From positions 1-36,546 of the forward strand of contig DASCNF010000235.1 of the NCBI GenBank assembly GCA_036011345.1: 36,546 nucleotides of DNA. Direction: 5' to 3'. The stretch's first letter is position 1, and each line of letters begins with the position of its first letter. Origin of the DNA: Rhodospirillales bacterium (GTDB lineage Bacteria > Pseudomonadota > Alphaproteobacteria > Rhodospirillales > JASLQF01). Made by a program: the position numbers and the translations under genes. Below, in pieces: positions 20,977 through 28,509 of this stretch. The notes below the pieces were generated by a model. The model was not told where the DNA came from and ran no database searches. It was given only the letters and a program-made list of their open reading frames with translations.

Positions 20977-21975
20977 TTATTCGTCCTGGCGCTCTCCGGG
21001 CAGGGCTTCGACGAGTTCGCGGAAGGCGTCGCCGAGGGCGGCGAAATCCTCGAAGGAAGCGGGCGGCGGGGAGCCCGGCGACAGCAGCACGACGACCCCC
21101 TCGACCATTTCGTGGCGCGCCGCCGCGCCGGCCGTCTCCAGGGCCCGGGCCAGGTCGGCGGCGCTGTCGCCCAGGGGGTAACGCTGGCGCACGCGGTCGA
21201 GAAAAGGCTCGACAGCCTCCTCCTCGTCCTCGTCCCCGCCTCCGCCGCCGGCGATCCAGTAGACGTCCCCGTAGGACGACAGCGCCCTGGACGCGGCGAG
21301 CGCGGTGTCGGCGCGGGCGTCGTTGACGTAGGCGACGCCGTCGATGGTGGCCAGCCATTCCTGGCGGTGGACGAGCCCGGGAAAGCTGTTGAGGCAGGCC
21401 ATGATGACCCGCGGCTCGACGCCGGCGGTCTTGGCGGCGGCGTAGGCGGCGGCGGCGTTCTGCCAGTTGTGGGCGCCGGGCAGGGCGGCGATGGTGTTCA
21501 GGTCGACGACGGGATCGGCCTTGCCCCCGGTGTCGTCGTGGAGCATGCCGTCCTCGGCGTAGACCCCGCCCTCGACGCGCCCCAAGCCCGACACGGGAAT
21601 GACCATCTGTTCGCCCTTGGCCCGCAGTTCCCCGGCCACGGCGCGCCCGCCTTCGTCGTCGACGCCGACCACGGCGGTGCGCGGTGACGTCTGCCGGTGG
21701 AAGATCGTCTTCAGGGCCTCGGCATAGCCCGCCTCGTCGGAGTCGACGTTGAGCAGCACCGCCACGTCGAAGGTCAGGGAAACCGTGAGCCGCAGCATGG
21801 AAGGCGTCATGCCCACCACGTAGGTACCGTCCATGGCCAGGGGATGGAGGCCGAGCACGGGCACGCCCAGGCAACCGCCGACCTCGGCCTCGGCCCCCGA
21901 CGACTGCCGTATCATGGCGCAGGCGGAAGACGAATCGCTTCCCTTGGCGGGACCGCCCCGGCCGACGACGCGCAC
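20977..21975 (-). CDS. MurD-like protein lacking the N-terminal domain, with degenerate catalytic motifs
   Basis: LPGAHNWQNAAAAYAA, FPGLVHRQE, YVND, YWIAGG, VVLLSP, GDAFRELV are MurD scaffold motifs; P-loop and ligand motifs altered; not in a dcw cluster. Start uncertain (GTG 21975 or ATG 21915). Confidence 0.75.
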   Translation of the reverse strand: MRVVGRGGPAKGSDSSSACAMIRQSSGAEAEVGGCLGVPVLGLHPLAMDGTYVVGMTPSMLRLTVSLTFDVAVLLNVDSDEAGYAEALKTIFHRQTSPRTAVVGVDDEGGRAVAGELRAKGEQMVIPVSGLGRVEGGVYAEDGMLHDDTGGKADPVVDLNTIAALPGAHNWQNAAAAYAAAKTAGVEPRVIMACLNSFPGLVHRQEWLATIDGVAYVNDARADTALAASRALSSYGDVYWIAGGGGGDEDEEEAVEPFLDRVRQRYPLGDSAADLARALETAGAAARHEMVEGVVVLLSPGSPPPASFEDFAALGDAFRELVEALPGERQDE

Positions 21976-22098
21976 TACCGAGGATTACCTTCGCGAACGC
22001 GACGAGCTGCGCAAGCTCGCCGCCGAGGCCGGTGCCCGGGTGACCGAAAAAAAGAACGGAGACTGAGACCCCGGGAAACAGCCATCGCCCCTCGCCAG

Positions 22099-22338
22099 AT
22101 GGACGTCCTATACTACCTAGTCCAGGGAAAATCCAACAAGGGGATCGCCCGCGAACTCAACCTGGCGGAATCGACGATCAAGCTCCACGTGACGGCACTA
22201 TTGAAAGGTCTGCAGGCCAACAACCGCACCCAGGCCGCCGTCAAGGCGGCGCGGTATCGTCTCCATAGATTCCGCCGGCTCCTAGGCTGGCGTGGCACTT
22301 GCCTCTTCCCCTGGCGCCACGGTGGAAAGCACGCCTGA
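22099..22338 (+). pseudogene. Orphan LuxR-type helix-turn-helix (stand-alone domain or remnant of a response regulator)
   Basis: PRQMDVLYYLVQGKSNKGIARELNLAESTIKLHVTALLKGLQANNRTQAA; homology begins upstream of the ATG and no receiver domain is present. Confidence 0.65.
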
Positions 22339-22458
22339 AAGCTCGCCATCGTCCGCCGGAGCGGCGGCAATTAACGCTAGATGTCGTATCCGCGCACCAA
22401 TAATATTGCCCGTCTCGCTGGCGATCGCCGATTTCCGCATTCATACCCTGAGGACGCC

Positions 22459-23625
22459 ATGGCCCGTATCCAAAACGTCGAGACCATCCACGTTTCCCTG
22501 CCGCTGCGGCGGGAGCACAAATGGGCCGGCCTCACCGAGGACATCGGCGGCTACCTTCTCGTCAAGATGACCGACGAGGAGGGCGGCGCGGGCTGGGGCG
22601 AGGCACCGGTTCTCAAGGACTGGGGCGGCGATTTCGGGCGTTATTTCGGGGAATCGCCGGCCATCGCCAAGCTCGTCATCGATACCTACCTGCTACCGGC
22701 GCTAAGCGGCGCCGACCCCACCAACATCATCGAGCTCCACGCGCGCATGGACCGGGCCATCAAGGGATATCCCTACTCCAAGGCGGCCGTCGAGTTCGCC
22801 GCCTACGACCTGGCCGGCCGGCAGCTCGGCGTTCCCGTTTACACCCTGTTGGGCGGCCGGGCGCGCGACGCCATCCCCATGGCCCATTCCATCGGCCTCA
22901 TCGACTTCAAGGAGGCTGAGAAGGAAGTGGCGCAGGTCATCGAGGAAGGCATAAGGACGATCAAGATCAAGATCGGCGTCGATGCCGGGCGCGACGTGGA
23001 GATGGTGCGCCGAATTCGCGCCGTGACCGGCGACGGCATCGAGCTCTGCGTCGACGCCAACAACGGCTACACCACGCCCGGCCAGGCCATCCGCGCCATC
23101 AAGGCCATGGAGGCCCACAACATCAAGTACGCCGAGCAGCCGGTCGAGGGGGCGGCGCGGCTGGCCCAGGTGGCGCGCGCCGTCGACGTGCCCATCATGG
23201 CCGACGAGAGCGCCTGGAACGCCCACGACGTCATCGACCTCGCCGAAAGACGCGCCGCTCAGTACATTTCCATCTACACCACCAAGTCGGGCGGTCTTTT
23301 CAAAAGCATGGAGGTGGCGGCGGTGGCGCGGGCGGCGGGCATGCCCTGCAACGTCAACGGGTCCATCGAAACCGGCATCGGCAATCTGGCCAACGTCCAG
23401 CTTTCCGCCGCCGCCCCCGCCGTGACCCTGGCTTGCGTCTACGGCGTCTCGACGCCGCGCGAGGCGCAATTGGGACAGCTCGCCTGCATCTATTATCTGG
23501 ATGACCTCCTGACCGAGCCAATGACCCTGATCGACGGCGCCCTCCGGGTTCCGGACGGGCCGGGCATGGGCATGGAGGTCGACCTCGAAAAAGTCGCCAA
23601 GTACACGTTGCCCGACAATGCCTGA
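22459..23625 (+). CDS. Enolase superfamily enzyme, muconate-lactonizing (MLE) subgroup
   Basis: KIK motif, metal ligands DAN, EQP, DES; GWGEA; PDGPGMG C-terminal motif; GAGGA RBS. Confidence 0.9.
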   Translation: MARIQNVETIHVSLPLRREHKWAGLTEDIGGYLLVKMTDEEGGAGWGEAPVLKDWGGDFGRYFGESPAIAKLVIDTYLLPALSGADPTNIIELHARMDRAIKGYPYSKAAVEFAAYDLAGRQLGVPVYTLLGGRARDAIPMAHSIGLIDFKEAEKEVAQVIEEGIRTIKIKIGVDAGRDVEMVRRIRAVTGDGIELCVDANNGYTTPGQAIRAIKAMEAHNIKYAEQPVEGAARLAQVARAVDVPIMADESAWNAHDVIDLAERRAAQYISIYTTKSGGLFKSMEVAAVARAAGMPCNVNGSIETGIGNLANVQLSAAAPAVTLACVYGVSTPREAQLGQLACIYYLDDLLTEPMTLIDGALRVPDGPGMGMEVDLEKVAKYTLPDNA

Positions 23626-24721
23626 CATCAAAACCGTCGCCGTTCTCGGATCGGGCCATGGCGGCTGCGCCGCCGCCGCCGATCTGACACTCAGGGGATT
23701 CGACGTACGCATGCACGTGCGCCGCCCCGACAAGAGGGCCGCTCTCGCCGGCGGCATCACAGTCACCGGCGAACGTGAGGGGACCGCCACCCCGGCGCTG
23801 ATGAGCGCCGACCTGGCCGAGGTCGTGGACGGCGCCGACCTGGTGATGCTGGTGGTCCCGGCGCGCGCCCACGGGGACTACGCCAGGGACTTGGCGGCGC
23901 TCCTGCCGGCGGGCTCGGTGGTCATGCTCAACCCCGGACACACCGGCGGCAGCCTCGACTTCGCGCATGGCTTTCGCACGGCCGGCGGTCCTCCCATCAC
24001 GATCTGCGAGACGACGACGCTGACCTATATCTGCCGCATGGAGGGCGCCGCCGAGGTGGCCATCTACCGCGAGGTCCGCAACCTGGGGTTCGCCGCCCTG
24101 CCGGCGCCCGAGACGGTACCCCTGGCCCGCCGCGTTCGTCCGCTGTTCGCCAACATCATTCCCGCCGCCAACGTGCTGGAAACCGGGTTTATGAACATCA
24201 ACGCCGTGCTGCACGTCGCCGGGTGCGTCATGAACGCCGGCTGGATCGAGTTCACCGGCGGCGGATTCCTCTTCTACCGCGAGGGCATCACGCCCGCCGT
24301 CGGGCGCGTCATGGAGGTCCTCGACGACGAACGCCTGGCGGTGGCGCGCCGCCTCGGCATCGACGTCCCGGCGTTCATCGACTTCTTCTGCGAGGCCGGC
24401 CTGACCACGGAAGAGGCGCGGCGCTCCCGCTCCATCCACCGCGCCGCCGTCGAAAGCGCCCCCAACAAGACGATCGCGGCACCCCAGTCCCTCGATCACC
24501 GCTACGTGCACGAGGATGTCGGCTATGGCCTCGTACCCATGGCCGAGATCGCCGGATTGGCCGGCGTCGAGACACCGGTGACGGACTCGCTGATCACGCT
24601 GAGCATCACCGGCACCGGCATCGACTTTCGCGAACAGGGACTGACCCTGGCCAAGATGGGATTGGAGGGGATGTCCACCGACGCCCTCCTCGACGTGATC
24701 AACAAGGGGTTACCCGATTGA
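23618..24721 (+). CDS. NAD(P)-dependent opine (octopine/nopaline) dehydrogenase family protein
   Basis: GSGHGG Rossmann motif, ETTTLTYICR, NINAVLH, FYREGITP, HRYVHEDVGYGL; start overlaps the upstream stop. Confidence 0.9.
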   Translation: MPDIKTVAVLGSGHGGCAAAADLTLRGFDVRMHVRRPDKRAALAGGITVTGEREGTATPALMSADLAEVVDGADLVMLVVPARAHGDYARDLAALLPAGSVVMLNPGHTGGSLDFAHGFRTAGGPPITICETTTLTYICRMEGAAEVAIYREVRNLGFAALPAPETVPLARRVRPLFANIIPAANVLETGFMNINAVLHVAGCVMNAGWIEFTGGGFLFYREGITPAVGRVMEVLDDERLAVARRLGIDVPAFIDFFCEAGLTTEEARRSRSIHRAAVESAPNKTIAAPQSLDHRYVHEDVGYGLVPMAEIAGLAGVETPVTDSLITLSITGTGIDFREQGLTLAKMGLEGMSTDALLDVINKGLPD

Positions 24722-24755
24722 CCGGCGGGCATCGATCGAAACTGGAGGTAAAGGA

Positions 24756-25871
24756 ATGAAAGCGGACGCCGTCAAGCGCCAGCGCGCCGTCATGCGCCAA
24801 CACGGCTGGGACGCGATGATTGCCATTTCGCCGGAGAATTATGCGTTCACGGCCGGCTACATCGTCCCCACCCAGCCCCTCTTGCGCTGGCGTCACGCGC
24901 TTTCGGTGGTTCCCGCCAAGGGCGATCCGGCGCTCATCTGCGTCGACATGGAGGAGACCACGGTCAGGGGCAGGTCGCCGGACGCCGAGCTGCGCACGTG
25001 GGCCGAGTTCGGTGGCAACGCCATGCAGACTCTGGCCGGGTTGCTGAGCGACATGGGCTGCGCCGAAGGCACCGTGGGCATCGAATTCAACTACCTGCCG
25101 GCGGCCGACTACCTCGATCTTTGCAAAAGGCTGCCCAAGGCGACGATCGCCGACTCGGCACCCGTTTTCGACGAGCTCCGCATGATCAAGACGCCGGACG
25201 AGATCGAGCTGTTGCGCCGTCTGTCACGCTTGGCCGACAAGGGGATCGCCGATGCCTACGGGTCTGTGCGGGCGGGCAGCACCGAGATGGACATCGCGCG
25301 CGCCCTGATCGGCAACATCTACGCGGCCGGCGCCGAGAACTTCACGCTGCTCATCGTCGCCACCGGCGAGCGCAGCCAGCTTCCCAACGTCGGGCCCACC
25401 GAGCGCAAGCTGCAAGCACAGGATATCTGCCGCGTCGAAATATTCCCCATCATCAGCGGCTATCACGCCGGCATCTGCCGCACCGCCACGGTCAAGGCGC
25501 CGCCGCCCGAGGCCGAGCGCATCTGGGCCAACCTCACCGAATGCAAGCACCTCATCCTCGACATGATCAAGCCGGGCGCCAGCACCCGCGCCATCTACGA
25601 GGCCTATCTCGCGAAGTTCGGCGAACTCGGCCTGCCGCCCATCGATTTCGTCGGCCACGGCATCGGCCTGCACCTGCACGAGGAGCCCTATCTCGGCAAG
25701 TTCGGCGACGGACCGTTGGAGGCCGGCATGGTGCTCGGCATCGAGCCCTTGTGCTACCGCACGGGCTTCGGCTTCGGCATGCAGAACAAGGACCTCGTAC
25801 TGGTTACGGAAACGGGCTCGGAGCTTCTCTCCGACGTCACCGACACCGACACGCCGATCACCGTTGAATAG
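24756..25871 (+). CDS. M24 (Xaa-Pro peptidase/creatinase/ectoine hydrolase) family hydrolase
   Basis: Creatinase-type N-domain, RMIKTPDEI, GHGIGLHLHEEP, LEAGMVLGIEP. Confidence 0.9.
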   Translation: MKADAVKRQRAVMRQHGWDAMIAISPENYAFTAGYIVPTQPLLRWRHALSVVPAKGDPALICVDMEETTVRGRSPDAELRTWAEFGGNAMQTLAGLLSDMGCAEGTVGIEFNYLPAADYLDLCKRLPKATIADSAPVFDELRMIKTPDEIELLRRLSRLADKGIADAYGSVRAGSTEMDIARALIGNIYAAGAENFTLLIVATGERSQLPNVGPTERKLQAQDICRVEIFPIISGYHAGICRTATVKAPPPEAERIWANLTECKHLILDMIKPGASTRAIYEAYLAKFGELGLPPIDFVGHGIGLHLHEEPYLGKFGDGPLEAGMVLGIEPLCYRTGFGFGMQNKDLVLVTETGSELLSDVTDTDTPITVE

Positions 25872-25884
25872 GAAAGGAACCGCC

Positions 25885-26106
25885 GTGGCCGGCGCATGCG
25901 ACATCCTGATCGCCGGCAACGCGCGCGCCGCCTTCGAGGTGCCGGACGACATGTCGATCACCGAGGACAGCCGCGCCGTCTACCCCCCGAAGGCGCGCCG
26001 CGAAATCGCCGCCCACAGCCCCAAGCTGGCCGAGGGCTTCCGCGTCGACGACCTGGTACAGGCCTACGCCGACATGATGGAACTACGCGGGAAGTTGAAA
26101 GGATGA
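25885..26106 (+). pseudogene. Short ORF, probably an internally deleted fourth gene of the operon
   Basis: GTG start with GGAAAGGA RBS 13 bp after the M24 stop; begins like an enzyme N-terminal strand (ACDILIAG) but is only 73 aa; GC-rich third positions as in neighbouring genes. Confidence 0.4.
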
Positions 26107-26146
26107 GGGAAGCGGTCACGTCGAGGGCACGATTGGAGGTAGGATA

Positions 26147-26566
26147 ATGGAGAATTTCACACCCTGGAGTGCCTTGGCCGGGGGCGCAATGATCGGGCTT
26201 TCGGCCCTGATTTTGATGCTCGGGCTGGGCCGCGTTGCCGGGATTTCCGGCATCGCAGGCGGGCTTCTGCGACCCGACCGGCGAGAACTGCCCTGGCGCG
26301 GCGCTTTTGTCGTCGGCCTGGTGCTGGGGCCAGTGCTGTACGTCGCTGTCTCCGGAGCACCCGTGGCGCTCGAGGTGAGCGGCAATTTCGCGGTGCTCGT
26401 CAGCGGCGGCCTTCTGGTCGGCTTTGGCACCCGTCTGGGCAGCGGTTGCACCAGCGGACATGGTGTCTGCGGCCTGGCTCGGCTGTCGCCCCGTTCGCTG
26501 GCGGCAACGGTGGTGTTCATGGTGACGGCGGGTCTGGTGGTGTTCGCGGCCCGGCACGTGGTCTAG
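26147..26566 (+). CDS. YeeE/YedE family membrane protein (sulfur-compound transport)
   Basis: GRVAGISG and LVGFGTRLGSGCTSGHGVCG motifs. Confidence 0.92.
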   Translation: MENFTPWSALAGGAMIGLSALILMLGLGRVAGISGIAGGLLRPDRRELPWRGAFVVGLVLGPVLYVAVSGAPVALEVSGNFAVLVSGGLLVGFGTRLGSGCTSGHGVCGLARLSPRSLAATVVFMVTAGLVVFAARHVV

Positions 26567-26669
26567 AGCAAATCCCGAGCAAACTGAAACAGTTTGCGAC
26601 GACGTATTTGCGTAACATCAATAAGTTAGAGCGTCTTTCGTGAACCCTTGTGAACGAAAAATGCTCTAG
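26563..26669. repeat. Palindromic miniature element (Bru-RS/RIME-like, CTAGAGC...GCTCTAG ends)
   Basis: 107 bp AT-richer insert bounded by CTAGAGCA/TGCTCTAG, internal hairpin GCAAACTG-AAA-CAGTTTGC and an internal TTAGAGC repeat of the end. Confidence 0.75.
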
Positions 26670-26692
26670 AAGCCCTGAAGGACATGAAGGAC

Positions 26693-27130
26693 ATGAAGGC
26701 GGTTTTCGTCGCGCTGGCGGCCGGGCTCTTGTTCGGCGTTGGGCTGTTCGTGTCGCAGATGAGCAACCCGGCCAAGGTGTTGGGTTTTCTCGACGTGGCC
26801 GGAAGTTGGGACCCCAGTCTCGCCTTCGTGATGGGCGGCGCGCTGGCGGTGGCGGCCCTCGGCAACCGGATCGCCCGGTCGCTGCCGGCGCCCCTCGCCG
26901 CCGGCAACTTTCAATGGCCGACATCGCGCGACATAGATGCCCGCCTGATTGGCGGCGCCGCCCTGTTCGGGGCGGGATGGGGGCTGGTGGGTTTCTGTCC
27001 GGGGCCGGCGCTGGCCGGTCTCGGCTTCGGACTGTGGCCGGTGGCCTTGTTCATCGTGGCGATGTTGGCCGGCATGGCCGCGTACGCATTTCTGTTGCCG
27101 ACGCCTCGGACCCCTATCAAGGTGGCTTGA
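26693..27130 (+). CDS. YeeE/YedE partner membrane protein
   Basis: MSNPAKVLGFLDVAGSWDPSLAFVMGGA and GWGLVGFCPGPAL motifs; alternative start 26684. Confidence 0.9.
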   Translation: MKAVFVALAAGLLFGVGLFVSQMSNPAKVLGFLDVAGSWDPSLAFVMGGALAVAALGNRIARSLPAPLAAGNFQWPTSRDIDARLIGGAALFGAGWGLVGFCPGPALAGLGFGLWPVALFIVAMLAGMAAYAFLLPTPRTPIKVA

Positions 27131-27232
27131 GTCGGGACCCCGATTGTCGGCGGCGACGAGATACGGACGCCGAGTCCCATGGCGCCGGCCAATTAGCCCC
27201 AATAGACCTATCACCAACCGGGAGGAAACGCG

Positions 27233-27547
27233 ATGATCGTCGAACAGCGGGTCTACACCATCAAGACATTGAAGATGCCGGAGTATCTCGCCTACTACCG
27301 GGATCACGGCCTGTCCATTCAGGAGGAGATACTGGGCAACCCGGTCGGCTTCTTCACCACCGAGGTCGGCGCCCTCAACCAGGTGACGCTGATGTGGGGC
27401 TACTCCAGCCAGGCCGACCGCGAGCAACGCCGGGAGCGGCTTCTCAAGGACCCGCGCTGGCAGGCCTACATGGAGAACCTGCCGCCGTTGATCGAGCGCC
27501 AGGAAAACCGCATCCTGGTGCCGACCGATTTTTCGCCGATCCGGTGA
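27233..27547 (+). CDS. NIPSNAP family protein
   Basis: MIVEQRVYTIK...GFFTTEVGALNQVTLMWGY...RE.RR...DPRW...QENRILVPTDFSP; GGAGG RBS. Confidence 0.9.
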   Translation: MIVEQRVYTIKTLKMPEYLAYYRDHGLSIQEEILGNPVGFFTTEVGALNQVTLMWGYSSQADREQRRERLLKDPRWQAYMENLPPLIERQENRILVPTDFSPIR

Positions 27548-27663
27548 GCGGCACCCAATCTTCTTCTGACAAACCGGGCCGAAAACGCTAAATTCCCCAC
27601 CCTGGGCCGGCGGTGTGCCGGCGGCCCGGCAATAACGCTTGCCGCAAGGAGGACGCTGAAAGA

Positions 27664-28509
27664 ATGGCGGCCTACATACGCCCGACGACCCTCGACGAAG
27701 CGCTGGAAGCCCTTGGAACCGGCCCCCTGACCATCCTCGCCGGCGGCACCGATCACTATCCGGCCAGGGTCGGGCGGCCCCTCGACGAGGACGTGCTCGA
27801 CGTCTCCGCCATCGGCGGCCTCGGCGCAATCGAGGAACTGGACGGCCACTGGCGCCTCGGCGCCACCGCCACCTGGAGCGACGTTATCGAGGCCGACCTG
27901 CCGCCCTGTTTCGACGGGCTCAAGCTGGCCGCCCGCGAGGTCGGCGGCGTGCAGATCCAGAACGCCGGCACGGTCGCCGGCAACGTCTGCAACGCCTCGC
28001 CGGCGGCCGACGGCGTGCCGCCGCTGCTCACCCTCGAGGCCGCCGTCGAGGTGCGCTCCCGGGACGGCGCCAAGGACGTGCCGCTGGCCCATTTCATCGC
28101 CGGCAACCGGCGCACCGTGCTGGAGCCCGGCGAGATGGTGACAGCGCTCCTCGTGCCCAAGCCCGAGTCGCGTCGCGCCGTCAGCCATTTCCTGAAGCTG
28201 GGCAGCCGCAAGTACCTGGTCATTTCCATCGTCATGGCGGCGGCGGCGGCCGAAATCGCCGACAACGGCACCATCGTGCGGGCGCGCGTCGCCGTCGGCG
28301 CCTGCTCCGAGGTGGCGCAACGCCTGCCGGCCCTGGAAGACGCCCTCGCCGGGAGCACCTTCGGCGCCGGCCTTGGCGAGATCGCCGAGGCCGCCCATCT
28401 GACCTCCCTCGACCCCATCGACGACGTGCGCGGCAGCACCGAATACCGGCGCGACGCCGCGTTGACCCTGGTGCGCCGCACCCTCGACGAATTGGCGGCG
28501 GGAACATGA
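27664..28509 (+). CDS. Xanthine dehydrogenase family FAD-binding subunit (CoxM/CutM-like)
   Basis: YIRPTTLDEAL, LAGGTD, QIQNAGTVAGNVCNASPAAD, DDVRGSTEYR. Confidence 0.93.
   Translation: MAAYIRPTTLDEALEALGTGPLTILAGGTDHYPARVGRPLDEDVLDVSAIGGLGAIEELDGHWRLGATATWSDVIEADLPPCFDGLKLAAREVGGVQIQNAGTVAGNVCNASPAADGVPPLLTLEAAVEVRSRDGAKDVPLAHFIAGNRRTVLEPGEMVTALLVPKPESRRAVSHFLKLGSRKYLVISIVMAAAAAEIADNGTIVRARVAVGACSEVAQRLPALEDALAGSTFGAGLGEIAEAAHLTSLDPIDDVRGSTEYRRDAALTLVRRTLDELAAGT

Noticed and set aside
20977-21975. Calling this gene the functional murD
   Set aside because: Missing N-terminal domain, P-loop and substrate-binding residues, and no neighbouring mraY/ftsW/murG.
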